Positions 9,294 to 21,400 are shown, counted from the first letter of the stretch. The stretch: 64,000 nucleotides of DNA from Flavobacteriales bacterium (GCA_016710965.1 JADJTW010000002.1:283299-347298), one strand, 5' to 3'. Translations and numbers: made by a program. Notes: generated by a model not told the origin, from the letters alone.

Positions 9294-12200
9294 TCGGAAC
9301 GCCTTGCGATGATCTCAACGCCGCGACCGGCAACGACACCTGGGATGCGAGCTGCACCTGCGTGGGACAACTGATCGATTGTACCGGTGTGCCCGGTGGA
9401 TCCAACCTCATCGGCACCGCGTGCGATGACGGCAACGCTTCCACGGGCAACGACACCTGGGATGCGAGCTGCACCTGCGTCGGTCAGCTCATCGATTGCG
9501 AGGGAACCGCTGGTGGTACTGCGTTGATCGGCAACGCCTGCGATGATCTCAACGCCGCGACCGGCAACGACACCTGGACGGCAAACACCTGGGATGCGCC
9601 TTGCACCTGCGTGGGACAACTCATCGATTGTACCGGTGTGCCCGGTGGATCCAACCTCATCGGCACCGCGTGCGATGATCTCAACGCCGCGACCGGCAAC
9701 GACACCTGGGATGCGACTTGCACCTGCGTCGGTCAGCTCATCGATTGCGAGGGAACCGCTGGTGGTACTGCGTTGATCGGCACATCCTGCGATGATCTCA
9801 ACGCCGCGACCGGCAACGACACCTGGGATGCGACTTGCACCTGCGTGGGACAACTCATCGATTGTACCGGTGTGCCCGGTGGATCCAACCTCATCGGCAC
9901 CGCGTGCGATGACGGCAACGCCGCCACCGGCAACGACACCTGGGATGCGAGCTGCACCTGCGTGGGACAACTCATCGATTGTACCGGTGTGCCCGGTGGA
10001 TCCAACCTCATCGGCACCGCGTGCGATGACGGCAACGCCGCGACCGGCAACGACACCTGGGATGCGAGCTGCACCTGCGTGGGACAACTGATCGATTGTA
10101 CCGGTGTGCCCGGTGGATCCAACCTCATCGGCACCGCGTGCGATGACGGCAACGCTTCGACCGGCAACGACACCTGGGATGAGCGCACCTGCGTGGGACA
10201 ACTCATCGATTGTCCGGTGTGCCCGGTGATCAGCCTCATCGGCACCGCGTGCGATGATCTCAACGCCGCGACCGGCAACGACACCTGGGATGCGACTTGC
10301 ACCTGCGTGGGACAACTCATCGATTGCGAGGGAACCGCTGGTGGTACTGCGTTGATCGGAACGCCTTGCGATGATCTCAACGCCGCGACCGGCAACGACA
10401 CCTGGGATGCGACTTGCACCTGCGTGGGACAACTCATCGATTGTACCGGTGTGCCCGGTGGATCCAACCTCATCGGCACCGCGTGCGATGACGGCAACGC
10501 CGCCACCGGCAACGACACCTGGGATGCGAGCTGCACCTGCGTGGGACAACTCATCGATTGTCCGGTGGCGCCGGGGGTCCAACCTCATCGGCACCGCGTG
10601 CGATGACGGCAACGCCGCACCGGCAACGACACCTGGGATGCGACTTGCACCTGCGTGGGACAACTCATCGATTGCGGGAACCGCTGGTGGTACTGCCTCA
10701 TCGGCACCCCGTGCGATGACCTCAACGCCGCGACCGGCAACGACACCTGGGATGCGACCTGCACCTGCGTGGGACAACTCATCGATTGTACCGGTGTGCC
10801 CGGTGGATCCAACCTCATCGGCACCGCGTGCGATGACGGCAACGCCGCCACCGGCAACGACACCTGGGATGCGACCTGCACCTGCGTGGGACAACTCATC
10901 GATTGCAAGGACAGTGTGCCTGGACAGCTCATCGGCACCCCGTGCGATGACCTCAACGCCGCGACCGGCAACGACACCTGGGATGCGACTTGCACCTGCG
11001 TGGGACAACTCATCGATTGCGAGGGAGCCCCCGGTGGTACCGCGCTGATCGGAACGCCTTGCGATGACGGCAACGCCGCCACCGGCAACGACACCTGGGA
11101 TGCGAGCTGCACCTGCGTGGGACAACTCATCGATTGTACCGGTGTGCCCGGTGGATCCAACCTCATCGGCACCGCGTGCGATGACGGCAACGCTTCCACC
11201 GGCAACGACACCTGGGATGCGAGCTGCACCTGCGTGGGACAACTCATCGATTGTACCGGTGTGCCCGGTGGATCCAACCTCATCGGCACCGCGTGCGATG
11301 ACGGCAACGCTTCCACGGGCAACGACACCGTCGGCGTGCGGCAACCTGGGATGCGACTTGCACCTGCGTGGGACAACTCATCGATTGTACCGGTGTGCCT
11401 GGGATCCAACCTCATCGGCACCGCGTGCGATGACGGCAACGCCGCGACCGGCAACGACACCTGGGATGCGACTTGCACCTGCGTGGGACAACTCATCGAT
11501 TGCGAGGGACCGCTGGTGGTACTGCGTCATCGGCACCGCCTTGCGATGATCTCAACGCCGCGACCGGCAACGACACCTGGGATGCGAGCTGCACCTGCGT
11601 GGGACAACTGATCGATTGTACCGGTGTGCCCGGTGGATCCAACCTCATCGGCACCGCGTGCGATGACGGCAACGCTTCCACGGGCAACGACACCTGGGAT
11701 GCGAGCTGCACCTGCGTGGGACAGCTCATGGGTAGTTCCGGTTGGCCGGGTGGATCCAACCTCATCGGCACCGCGTGCGATGACGGCAACGCCGCGACCG
11801 GCAACGACACCTGGGATGCGAGCTGCACCTGCGTGGGACAACTCATCGATTGCGAGGGAACCGCTGGTGGTACTGCGTTGATCGGCACATCCTGCGATGA
11901 TCTCAACGCCGCGACCGGCAACGACACTTGGGATGCGAGCTGCACCTGCGTGGGACAACTGATCGATTGTACCGGTGTGCCCGGTGGATCCAACCTCATC
12001 GGCACCGCGTGCGATGACGGCAACGCTTCCACGGGCAACGACACCTGGGATGCGACTTGCACCTGCGTGGGACAACTCATCGATTGCGAGGGAACCGCTG
12101 GTGGTACTGCGTTGATCGGCACATCCTGCGATGATCTCAACGCCGCGACCGGCCACGACACTTGTGATGCGACTTGCACCTGCGTGGGACAACTCATCGA

Positions 12201-13090
12201 TTGCGGGGAACCGCCGCATCGGCACCGCGTGCGATGACGGCAACGCTTCCACGGGCAACGACACCTGGGATGCGACTTGCACCTGCGTGGGACAACTCAT
12301 CGATTGTACCGGTGTGCCCGGTGGATCCAACCTCATCGGCACCGCGTGCGATGACGGCAACGCCGCCACCGGCAACGACACCTGGGATGCGAGCTGCACC
12401 TGCGTGGGACAACTCATCGATTGTACCGGTGTGCCGGGATCCAACCTCATCGGCACCGCGTGCGACGACGGCAACGCCGCCACCGGCAACGACACCTGGG
12501 ATGCGCTGCACCTGCGTGGGCAGCTCATGGGGGGGCCCGGTGGTACGGGGGTGGGATCCAACGCCGCGACCGGCAACGACACTTGGGATGCGACTTGCAC
12601 CTGCGTGGGACAACTCATCGATTGTACCGGTGTGCCCGGTGGATCCAACCTCATCGGCACCGCGTGCGATGACGGCAACGCCGCCACCGGCAACGACACC
12701 TGGGATGCGACTTGCACCTGCGTGGGACAACTCATCGATTGCGGGGACGCTGGTGGCTGCTGCGCGGGCGGTGCCAACGCCGCGACCGGCAACGACACCT
12801 GGGATGCGACCTGCACCTGCGTGGGACAACGTCGATTGGACCGGTGGGCCGGTGCGACATCCGGAACGCCTTGCGATGACGGCAACGCTTCCACCGGCAA
12901 CGACACCTGGGATGCGAGCTGCACCTGCGTGGGACAACTCATCGATTGTACCGGTGTGCCCGGTGGATCCAACCTCATCGGCACCGCGTGCGATGACGGC
13001 AACGCCGCGACCGGCAACGACACCTGGGATGCGACTTGCACCTGCGTGGGACAACTCATCGATTGCGAGGGAACCGCTGGTGGTACTGCC
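8880..13090 (+). repeat. tandem array of ~36 near-identical 117-bp units encoding a 39-aa Cys-rich repeat (consensus CTCVGQLIDC[T/E]G[VP/TA]GG[SN/TA]LIGT[A/P]CDD[G/L]NAATGNDTWDA[S/T]), coding, with numerous small indels
   Basis: The period is 117 bp, seen directly (e.g. 9301/9418/9535...). Two alternating unit variants occur. Indels fall at ~9110-9240, 10180, 10560, 10670, 11330, 11500, 12190, 12420, 12490-12560, 12720, 12830. Confidence 0.9.
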
Positions 13091-14075
13091 GTCATCGACA
13101 ACTGCGGCACCTGCGTCGGCGGTACCACTGGCAACATCGCCTGCACACAGGACTGCGCGGGCGTCTGGGGCGGTACAGCATTCCTCGACAACTGCGGCAT
13201 CTGCGTCGGCGGTACCACTGGCAACATCGCTTGCACACAGGACTGCGCAGGTGTCTGGGGCGGCACCGCCGTCACTGACAACTGCGGCAACTGCGTCGGT
13301 GGAACGACCGGCAACACGCACACAGGACTGCGCAGGTGTCTGGGGCGGCACCGCCGTCCTCGACAACTGCGGAACATGCGTCGGTGGAACCACTGGCAAC
13401 ACAGCTTGCACACAGGACTGCGCTGGCGTTTGGGGCGGCACCGCCGTCACTGACAACTGCGGAACATGCGTGGGCGGAACCACCGGTAACATCGCCTGCA
13501 CACAGGACTGCGCAGGAGTGTGGGGCGGCACCGCCGTCCTCGACAACTGCGGAACATGCGTTGGTGGCACTACCGGTAACGTTGCTTGCACTCAGGACTG
13601 CGCTGGCGTTTGGGGCGGAACAGCCGTCCTCGACAACTGCGGAACATGCGTCGGTGGAACCACTGGCAACACAGCTTGCACTCAGGACTGCGCTGGCGTT
13701 TGGGGCGGAACAGCCGTCCTCGACAACTGCGGAACATGCGTCGGCGGAACTACCGGCAACGTGGCCTGCACACAGGACTGCGCTGGTGTTTGGGGCGGAA
13801 CAGCCGTCACTGACAACTGCGCAACATGCGTCGGCGGAACGACAGGTAATGTCGCTTGCACACAAGACTGCGCAGGTGTTTGGGGCGGAACAGCCGTCAC
13901 TGACAACTGCGGAACATGCGTGGGCGGAACCACTGGTAACACAGCATGCACACAGGACTGCGCTGGTGTTTGGGGCGGAACAGCCGTCACTGACAACTGC
14001 GGAACATGCGTGGGCGGAACCACTGGTAACACAGCATGCACACAGGACTGCGCAGGCGTCTGGGGCGGAACGTCA
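13090..14075 (+). repeat. tandem array of ~10 x 99-bp units encoding a 33-aa Cys/Gly repeat (CTQDCAGVWGGTAV[LT]DNCGTCVGGTTGN[TIV]A), coding
   Basis: The period is 99 bp ('ctgcacacaggactgcgc' recurs at 13138, 13237, 13336...). A 5-nt deletion near 13315 switches the frame. Confidence 0.85.
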
Positions 14076-15260
14076 ATGCCACCAGTTGCTGGTGATGATG
14101 GCAGTGCCACGATTTGCGCCGGAACCAGCATCGATCTGACCACACTGCTCAGTGGTGCTGATACTGGTGGGGTCTGGAGTGTCGGTCCTGTGGTGAGTTC
14201 TACCGGCACCTTCACCTATACAGTGACGAATGCCTGTGGAAGCGATGAATCAAGCTTCACAATAACCCACGAGGCGTTGGCTGATGCGAGCTGGTCCATC
14301 CCTCCTGCCATCTGCGAAACCGCACCGCCCCTGGTCCTTTCGAATTTGATCACTGGGGACCAAGGTGGAACGTGGAGCGGCGCTGGGGTGCTGGGCAGCA
14401 GCTTCGACCCGACTGGACTGGTGGGACCGATCCAAGTGACTTACACCGTCGGGACGGCGAACTGCATCTCCCAGGAATCGCATACGATCCAAGTGGGTCA
14501 GATGCCCATGGCCGATGCGGGCGAGGATGCTATATTCTGCGGCACCGACGGGCTGGTTAACGCTGTGCTCACAACAGGCAGCGGATCGTGGACCCTTCCC
14601 AACGGGTTGAATCCTGGAGGAGCGTTGACCGCGCCCGACTTGGAACTGCACGCTTCAACCTTCGCGAGCTACACCTTGTACTGGACCGTGACCGATGGTC
14701 CTTGCATTGCCCAGGATGCGACGGAGGTCACCTTCATGAACCCAGACCTAGGCTTGGCCGTGGACGCCGGTCCGGACCAATACCTGGAAGTATTGAGCAC
14801 CGCAATCATGCAAGGCCATGCGACTCCTGGTGCCACCATCGAATGGTGGTTGCTTTCAGGTGGCGGCACCCTCCTGGTGCCCAGCGATACGAACAGCACG
14901 GTGCAGGACCTCGCTCTCGGCGACAACTACTTCGTACTCACCGTCTCCTTGGGACAGTGCGCCAGTATCAGCGACACTGTGCTCTTGCACGTCGACGACC
15001 TCTTCATCCCCGAAGGCTACTCACCGAACGGCGACGGGGTGAACGATCGATGGGAGATCACGGGCATCAGCGCATTCCCTGGCAGTTCGCTCAAGGTCTT
15101 CAACCGCTGGGGGCAATTGGTGTACGAGAGCGACAGCTACAACAACGAGTGGGACGGGCACGCCTTGTATGGCCGGGAATTGCCCGATGCGACCTACTTC
15201 TATGTGCTGAACCTAAGCAGTGACCGCACGTACAACGGCCACGTCATCCTGAAAAGGTGA
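13330..15260 (+). CDS. adhesin segment 3 (C-terminal): 33-aa repeats, Ig-like/SprB-type region and gliding-motility-associated C-terminal (CHU_C, T9SS type B) sorting domain
   Basis: Terminal 'FIPEGYSPNGDGVNDRWEITGISAFPGSSLKVFNRWGQLVYESDSYNNEWDGH...TYFYVL'. This is the in-frame part of the track ORF 12174..15260; its 5' 1.1 kb is an out-of-frame read of the repeats. Confidence 0.7.
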
Positions 15261-16180
15261 GGTCCATCCGTCATATCCTCTTCATAGCCGTCACAGGTTG
15301 CGCGCTTCTGGCCAATGGCCAGCATACGCCGCTGACGAGCCAGTACCTCTTCAACGGGCTGCTGATCAACCCGGCCTACGCAGGCAGCCGCGACGCGCTT
15401 ACGGCCAATATCACCCACCGCCAGCAGTGGGTGGGCTTCGACGGCGCACCGGTAACGCAGGTGATGAGCTTGCACTCTCCCGTTGGTCGAACCAAGATGG
15501 GACTGGGCATGGTGCTTTACAACGACCACATCGGCGTAAGCAACGAAACGGGGCTCTTCGGCAACTTCGCCTACCGCATCCGCTTTCCGCATGGCAAGCT
15601 GTCCTTCGGGATCGGCGGCGGGTTCAGCGTTCTTCGCGCTGATTGGAGCCAGGTGGCCTTGCAGGACAACAACGATGGCTCCTTCGCCGGGACGACATCG
15701 GCCGCCTTGAGGCCGAATTTCAGCGGTGGGGCATACTACTACACGAAGACATGGTATGTCGGGGCCTCGATGCCCTTCGCTCTAGTGCATAGCTACGACC
15801 TGAGCGGCAACGGATACGACCTCACCCAGGAACGCTTCGACATGCAACCCATGCTCACTGGCGGATACGTCATACAGATGAACGACGACATCAAGCTGAA
15901 GCCGACTGCGTTGGCTCGTTATCGGCTCGATAGCGGACCGCAGGGCGACCTTAGCTGCAACGCGATCTACAAGGACAAGATCTGGGCGGGGCTCAGCTAC
16001 CGCACCGGCGATGCGCTTATCGGCATGGTGGAAGTCCTTCCTACTCCGCAATGGCGTTTCGGATACGCTTACGACCTTGGCCTCTCTGCCATCCGTCCCT
16101 ACCACAATGGCTCGCACGAATTGATGCTCCAATACGAATTCGGCTATCGCATACGCGTACGCGACCCACGCTATTTCTGA
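15257..16180 (+). CDS. type IX secretion system membrane protein, PorP/SprF family
   Basis: GTG start overlapping the adhesin stop (GTGA). N-terminus 'QYLFNGLLINPAYAG' and overall beta-barrel PorP/SprF pattern; ~307 aa as is typical. Confidence 0.9.
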   Translation: MRSIRHILFIAVTGCALLANGQHTPLTSQYLFNGLLINPAYAGSRDALTANITHRQQWVGFDGAPVTQVMSLHSPVGRTKMGLGMVLYNDHIGVSNETGLFGNFAYRIRFPHGKLSFGIGGGFSVLRADWSQVALQDNNDGSFAGTTSAALRPNFSGGAYYYTKTWYVGASMPFALVHSYDLSGNGYDLTQERFDMQPMLTGGYVIQMNDDIKLKPTALARYRLDSGPQGDLSCNAIYKDKIWAGLSYRTGDALIGMVEVLPTPQWRFGYAYDLGLSAIRPYHNGSHELMLQYEFGYRIRVRDPRYF

Positions 16181-18393
16181 TGAGGCGCATCCTGTCCATA
16201 GCACTCCTGCTCCCGTGCATCGCTCTGGTGTCCGCGCAGGAGATCTACGAGGTGAAACCCGTGGGCGTGCTACCAGCCGGAGAGGATTACGCGCCGGTTT
16301 TCCTCGATAGCGGCTTCGTCATGTGCAGCGTGCGCGAAGTCGGCGGTGCCATCACATTCACCGATGCCGAGACGAACAAGCCGCTCAGTGAGCTTTTCTG
16401 GGTGCCTTGGAAGAACGGCATGGCGGGAACACCCGTGATCTTCAGTGTGCAGCTCTCCACTCCCGTGAATGAAGGCCCTGCCGCGTTCACCGATGGAGGG
16501 CGGACCATCTGCTATACACGCAACCAGGTGCTGCCGAAGAGGCTATCGAACTTGCGGAGCGCCAGTAGCGAACTAGGGCTTTACTTCTCGCACTTGAACG
16601 ATGGAGCGTGGCAGCCGCCGGTGCCCTTCCAGCACAACGCACCGAAGTACTCGATCATGCACCCGACGTTCAGCCCGGACGGCCGCACGCTCTTCTTCGC
16701 CAGCGATATGCCCGGTGGCATGGGCGGCATGGACCTGTACCGCAGCGAACGCACGATCGAGGGCTGGTCTGAACCTGTGGCACTGGGCCCGGAGGTGAAC
16801 AGCCCCAGGAACGAAGTTTTCCCACGCGTGGAGGCCGACGGCAGTTTGAGCTTCGCAAGCGATCGCAGCGGTGGCAAAGGGGGGCTCGATATATACGTGG
16901 CACCTCCTTCCGATGGCGGTTGGGGCCCGCCGTTGGCCTTGCCGGAGCCGGTCAACAGCGCAGCCAACGACCATGGATACGAGCTCCTGCCCGATGGCCG
17001 AAGCGCGCTCTTCACCACCAACCGCGCCGGCATCGATGCGATATGGACGGCCAAGCTCACTGTACCCAAGTTCCGCGAATGCGCCCAGCAGCAACGCAAC
17101 AACTACTGCTATTCCTTCAAGCGTCGGCCTCACGCTGCAACTGCAAGCATTCCCGTTGAGCATGCATGGGATATGGGCGACGGTACGCGGATCAAAGGCA
17201 ATCAAGCGCAGCACTGCTATGCGAAGCCGGGCCGATTCACAGTGAGTTCCGTGCTGCTGGACAAGAAGAGCGGAGAGGTCTTCCACACGCTGAGCAGCAA
17301 CGAACTGGAGGTGGCGGATATGATGCAGGCATGGATCGCGTCAGAGGACACGGTGCGGACCGGTCGCAAAATGGAACTGAGCGGAGCCATGAGCTATCTG
17401 CCCGGCATGACGCCTGCCGAGTACCACTGGGAGATGGGCAACGGCGAACTCCTCGAAGGCATCAGCCAGGAGTACGCCTTCAAGCGAGCAGGCACCTATG
17501 AAGTGCGGCTCGACGTGCTCTCGACGCCTGACGCCAAAGGGACCATCAGTAATCGTTGCAACAGCAAGACCATCGTCGTCATCGACCGCTTCCGCGACCA
17601 TGAGGACATGACCGTGGTCGCGGCATACCAGGACGCATTCGGAAAGACGCACACCTTCGAGTACCAGGAGCTTCCTTTCGATGCGACGGCCCTGGAAGGC
17701 GACGCGCTCACCGAGGTCACCTTCAGCGTACAGCTGTTCGCCAGCAAGGACCGCGTGGACTTGGACGATGCGCGCTTCGCCCAGGTGCGGAAGCTCTACC
17801 GCGTCGTGGAACGCTACGACCCAGCGACAGCCCTGTACACCTATTCGGTGGGCGAGACCAAGAACATGGAGGAGCTGTACAAGGTCTTCCAGAAGGTGAA
17901 GGAACTCCAGTTCCTCGATGCCGAAGTCTTCGCCCTCCGGGTTGAGAAGCTCATGGACCTGAGCCAGCTCGATCTAGCGACCCTGGAAGAGCTCAATCAC
18001 AAGAAACTGCGTACGAATGCGATCCACTTCGCCTACAAGAGCGCGGTGCTGGAACCCGGTTCCGAGCAGGTGCTGGAAGGGATCACCGACCTCATGCGCC
18101 AGCATCCCGAGCTCCAGTTGGTGATCGAAGCCCACACCGACGACATCGGTGGTCGCCAGTACAACCTCGGGCTCTCGCAAGAACGTGCGATGTCCGTGGT
18201 GGGCTATCTCGTGGAACATGGCGTGCTGCTCGACCGATTGGTGCCTGTCGGCCACGGCAAGAACCAGCCGATCGCCAGCAACAAGACCGAGGAAGGACGC
18301 AGCCAGAACCGACGCGTGGAGTTCCGGATGGTCGTGAAAGGCGAAGTGGCCCCGACGGGAGCGTTGCTCAGCGGCGCCACGCCGAAGCGCTGA
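16180..18393 (+). CDS. OmpA-family protein with TolB-like (PD40) repeats and a C-terminal OmpA peptidoglycan-binding domain
   Basis: ATG at 16180 overlaps the PorP stop (TGATG). Signal peptide MRRILSIALLLPCIALVSAQE. PD40-like 'FSPDGRTLFFASD...GGMDLY' repeats. C-terminal 'LVIEAHTDDIGGRQYNLGLSQERAMSVVGYLVEHGV...GHGKNQPIASNKTEEGRSQNRRVEF'. Confidence 0.85.
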   Translation: MRRILSIALLLPCIALVSAQEIYEVKPVGVLPAGEDYAPVFLDSGFVMCSVREVGGAITFTDAETNKPLSELFWVPWKNGMAGTPVIFSVQLSTPVNEGPAAFTDGGRTICYTRNQVLPKRLSNLRSASSELGLYFSHLNDGAWQPPVPFQHNAPKYSIMHPTFSPDGRTLFFASDMPGGMGGMDLYRSERTIEGWSEPVALGPEVNSPRNEVFPRVEADGSLSFASDRSGGKGGLDIYVAPPSDGGWGPPLALPEPVNSAANDHGYELLPDGRSALFTTNRAGIDAIWTAKLTVPKFRECAQQQRNNYCYSFKRRPHAATASIPVEHAWDMGDGTRIKGNQAQHCYAKPGRFTVSSVLLDKKSGEVFHTLSSNELEVADMMQAWIASEDTVRTGRKMELSGAMSYLPGMTPAEYHWEMGNGELLEGISQEYAFKRAGTYEVRLDVLSTPDAKGTISNRCNSKTIVVIDRFRDHEDMTVVAAYQDAFGKTHTFEYQELPFDATALEGDALTEVTFSVQLFASKDRVDLDDARFAQVRKLYRVVERYDPATALYTYSVGETKNMEELYKVFQKVKELQFLDAEVFALRVEKLMDLSQLDLATLEELNHKKLRTNAIHFAYKSAVLEPGSEQVLEGITDLMRQHPELQLVIEAHTDDIGGRQYNLGLSQERAMSVVGYLVEHGVLLDRLVPVGHGKNQPIASNKTEEGRSQNRRVEFRMVVKGEVAPTGALLSGATPKR

Positions 18394-18489
18394 GCGCTCC
18401 AGGCAACGCTGAACCTTGCTCCCCGCATCTTCTCCACGGCCTCGCAGACGAAGGCGGGACGGCCAGCATCGCAGCGGATCCGTCACGGC

Positions 18490-21400
18490 ATGCCTGAAGG
18501 CGATGGCTACTTTCGCCCAGTGCGCTACACGCTTCCTTCGGTCCTCATCCTTCTTGCGGGCGCGTGCGCGATCGAACTGAACGCGCAGCACGCTCTGCGT
18601 TTCGTGGAGAACAAGGGACAGTGGCCAGTGCAAGCCCGCTTCCGGGCCGAGTTGAACGGAGCTACTCTGTGGATGGAGCCCGATGGCGTACTGATAGACC
18701 GCTACGATGCCGAAGCGGTGGAGAGGACGCACGGTGACATCAACGCGCGCATTCCCACGGAGCTGAGGCACCACGCCGTGCGCCTGAAGTTCCTGGGGGC
18801 TCTTCCCACGGCGCATGCGCGCGGCGAACGGCTCTTGCGCGAGCATTACAACTTCTTCATCGGCAACGACCCGGCGCAATGGGCGCACAGGGCCAGGGCC
18901 TTCGCCCAGGTGGTGATGCCGGAGGTGGCGCCGGGCTGCGATGCCGTCTTCAGCGAAGGACGAGCAGGGTTGAAGTACGATCTGGTGCTTGACCCCGGTG
19001 CCGATCCCGCTGGCATCCGTTTCGAGTATGAAGGCGCCGGTCAATTGATGCTGCGCGATGGCGCACTGATCGTGCCCACTTCCCTCGGTCGGCTCGTCGA
19101 GCGCATTCCGCTGGCCTATCAGGACATCGATGGCGAGCGTGCGGTAGTACCGTGCAGCTATACATTGAAGGATGGGATCGTGGGTGTGAAGCCCGGTGCA
19201 TACGACAAGCGGTATCCATTGACGATCGATCCCACGCTCTCTTTCGCCACCTACTCAGGTTCATTCAGCAACAACTTCGGCTACACCGCCACCTTCGATC
19301 AGGCGGGCTTCCTCTATGCGGGCAGTACCGCGTTCGGGACGCAGTTCCCCGTGACCACGGGCGCTTACCAGACCGCATGGGCGGGCGGCACCACCGACAT
19401 CGCCATCACCAAGTACGATACTACGGGCACCTTCATCGTATGGAGCACCTACCTCGGCGGCAGCGCTGCAGAGATGCCGCATAGCTTGATCGTTGACGAC
19501 AACGACCAGCTCCTGGTGCTGGGCACCACTGGTTCGGCCGATTTCCCCATGTTCAATGCGTATGACAACACCTTCGGGGGCGGCACCACCTTCACCCCTG
19601 CCGGGCTGGGCCTCAGCTACCCCAACGGTTGCGATATGGTCGTTTCGCGCTTGAGCGCTGACGGATCGGCGCTATTGGGCTCAACGTATCTCGGGGGAAG
19701 CGCGAATGACGGATTGAATTCCGCAACGGCGCTCAAGTTCAACTACGCCGATGAGGTGCGAGGAGAAGTGCTTCTCGATACGCTCGGACGTGTGTGGGTG
19801 GTGAGCTGCACCCAGAGCATCAATGCACCGACCACCGCGGGGGCCGCGCAACCCATTTTCGGCGGAGGAAGCCACGACGGATACGTGGCCCGTTTCAACC
19901 CGCTCCTTTCGCAATTGCAGTACGCCAGCTTCATCGGCGGCAGCAATGCCGATGCGACCTTCTCCGGCGAGTTCGACACGGCGGGCAGGCTCTTCGTCTG
20001 CGGCGGCACCAACAGCAACGACCTGCCCGTGAGCGCATCGGCGCTCGACCCCACCTACAACGGCGCTGCGCCCGACGCGTTCGTTGCGCGTTTCACACCG
20101 AATGGCAGCACCATCGATGCGCTCACCTACTGGGATCGAGCAACTACGACCAGGCCTATTTCGTGGAACTCGACCACAACGACGACGTGTACATCTTCGG
20201 GCAGACGAATGCACCCAGCGGAGAGCTCATACTGAACGCACCGTACAACATCCCTGCGGGTGGCCAGTTCATCACCAAGCTCGATCCCACGCTGTCCAAT
20301 CTGCTGCTCAGCTCGCGCATCGGCAAGGGCGATGGCACACCGGACATCTCCCCCACCGCCTTCCTTGTTGATGTGTGCGACAAGATCTACACGAGCGGCT
20401 GGGGCAGCAGCGCAGGCGGACTTGGCGGCGCGCTGAGCACCAATGGCCTGCCAGTGACAGCGGGCGCGCACCAGTCCACCACCGACAACAATGACCTGTA
20501 CCTGGCGGTCTTCGACATCGACATGCAGGCGTTGGTGTATGCCACCTACTACGGCGGCGCGCTGAGCCCTGAGCATGTCGATGGCGGTACAAGCCGGTTC
20601 GATCGCCGCGGGCGGGTTTACCAGAGCGTGTGCGCCGGCTGTCAGAACAACGATGACTTCCCCACTTCACCAGGAGCATGGAGCGCCACCAATAACAGCA
20701 GCGGCTGCAACAACGGGGTATTGAAGTTCGATTTCGACGCACCGTTGGTGATCGCGGCCTTCATCGCACCGGACACGCTGTGCGCGAACGAGACTGTGAC
20801 CTTCACGAACCTCAGCAGCGGCGCCACGGGCTATCTGTGGAACTTCGGCGATACGCAGACTTCCACGGCAGCATCGCCCACGCATACCTATGGTCCCGGC
20901 ACCTACGTGGTAACGCTTACGGCCACCGACCCGAATTCGTGCAACGGTCAGGACGTTGTCCAGCGCACCGTGGTCATCGCTCCCGAAGCCCCGGTCCTAA
21001 CCGTGATGAACGACACGCTCATCTGCGGACCGGTCCCTTCGTTCACGCTGACGGCGAGCAGCAACGGCACCGTGTTGCAATGGCTTTGGAGCTCGACAGC
21101 GGCATTCGCGGACATGCTGAATGCGACGGACGCGGACAGCACGGCACTGATCGAACCAGCGGTGAGCGGCACCTACCATGTGCGCGCGCAGAATTCGCCG
21201 GCGTGCCCGGCCATCGATAGTGTCGTGGTCATCATATCGCTCGGCGCGGTCGGCATAACCGGCGAAACGGAGATCTGCGCCACTGATACGGCGACGCTGC
21301 TGGTGAGCGGCGCCGATCCCGGTTCCACCATCGTTTGGTCGCCAGGGAACGAGATCATCGCAGGGCAAGGGACGAGCACCGTGCAAGTGGCGCCAGCCGA

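Larger units (their letters stand above)
2984..15260 (+). pseudogene. giant (~4,090 aa equivalent) SprB-like T9SS cell-surface adhesin locus, interrupted by >12 frameshifting indels concentrated in tandem repeat arrays (pseudogene or repeat-assembly/polishing artefact)
   Basis: The N-terminal signal peptide is at 2984. The next ORF (from 5397/5481) begins mid-HYR-domain with no signal peptide. The sequence of frame-hopping ORFs (5481, 9245, 10655, 11473, 12131, 12174) all read the same 39-aa repeat. A CHU_C sorting domain sits at the 3' end, and a PorP/SprF gene follows. Confidence 0.6.

Noticed and set aside
8880-14075. Possible CRISPR array, because of regular direct repeats
   Set aside because: The units are contiguous with no unique spacers. 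The periods (117/99 bp) are multiples of three and the sequence is clearly protein-coding.
8880-14215. Long minus-strand ORFs across the repeat arrays (for example 9209..11344 711 aa, 11527..13413 628 aa, 12194..13591, 13682..14215) and alternative plus frames with 'MISTPRPATTPGMR...' translations
   Set aside because: They are antisense or out-of-frame reads of the GC-rich 117/99-bp coding repeats, with repetitive low-complexity translations and no start context. The sense frame encodes the coherent Cys-rich module.
17974-19044. 356-aa minus-strand ORF
   Set aside because: It overlaps the 3' end of the OmpA gene and the 5' end of the SBBP adhesin gene on the opposite strand. It has an R/H/A-rich antisense-type composition.
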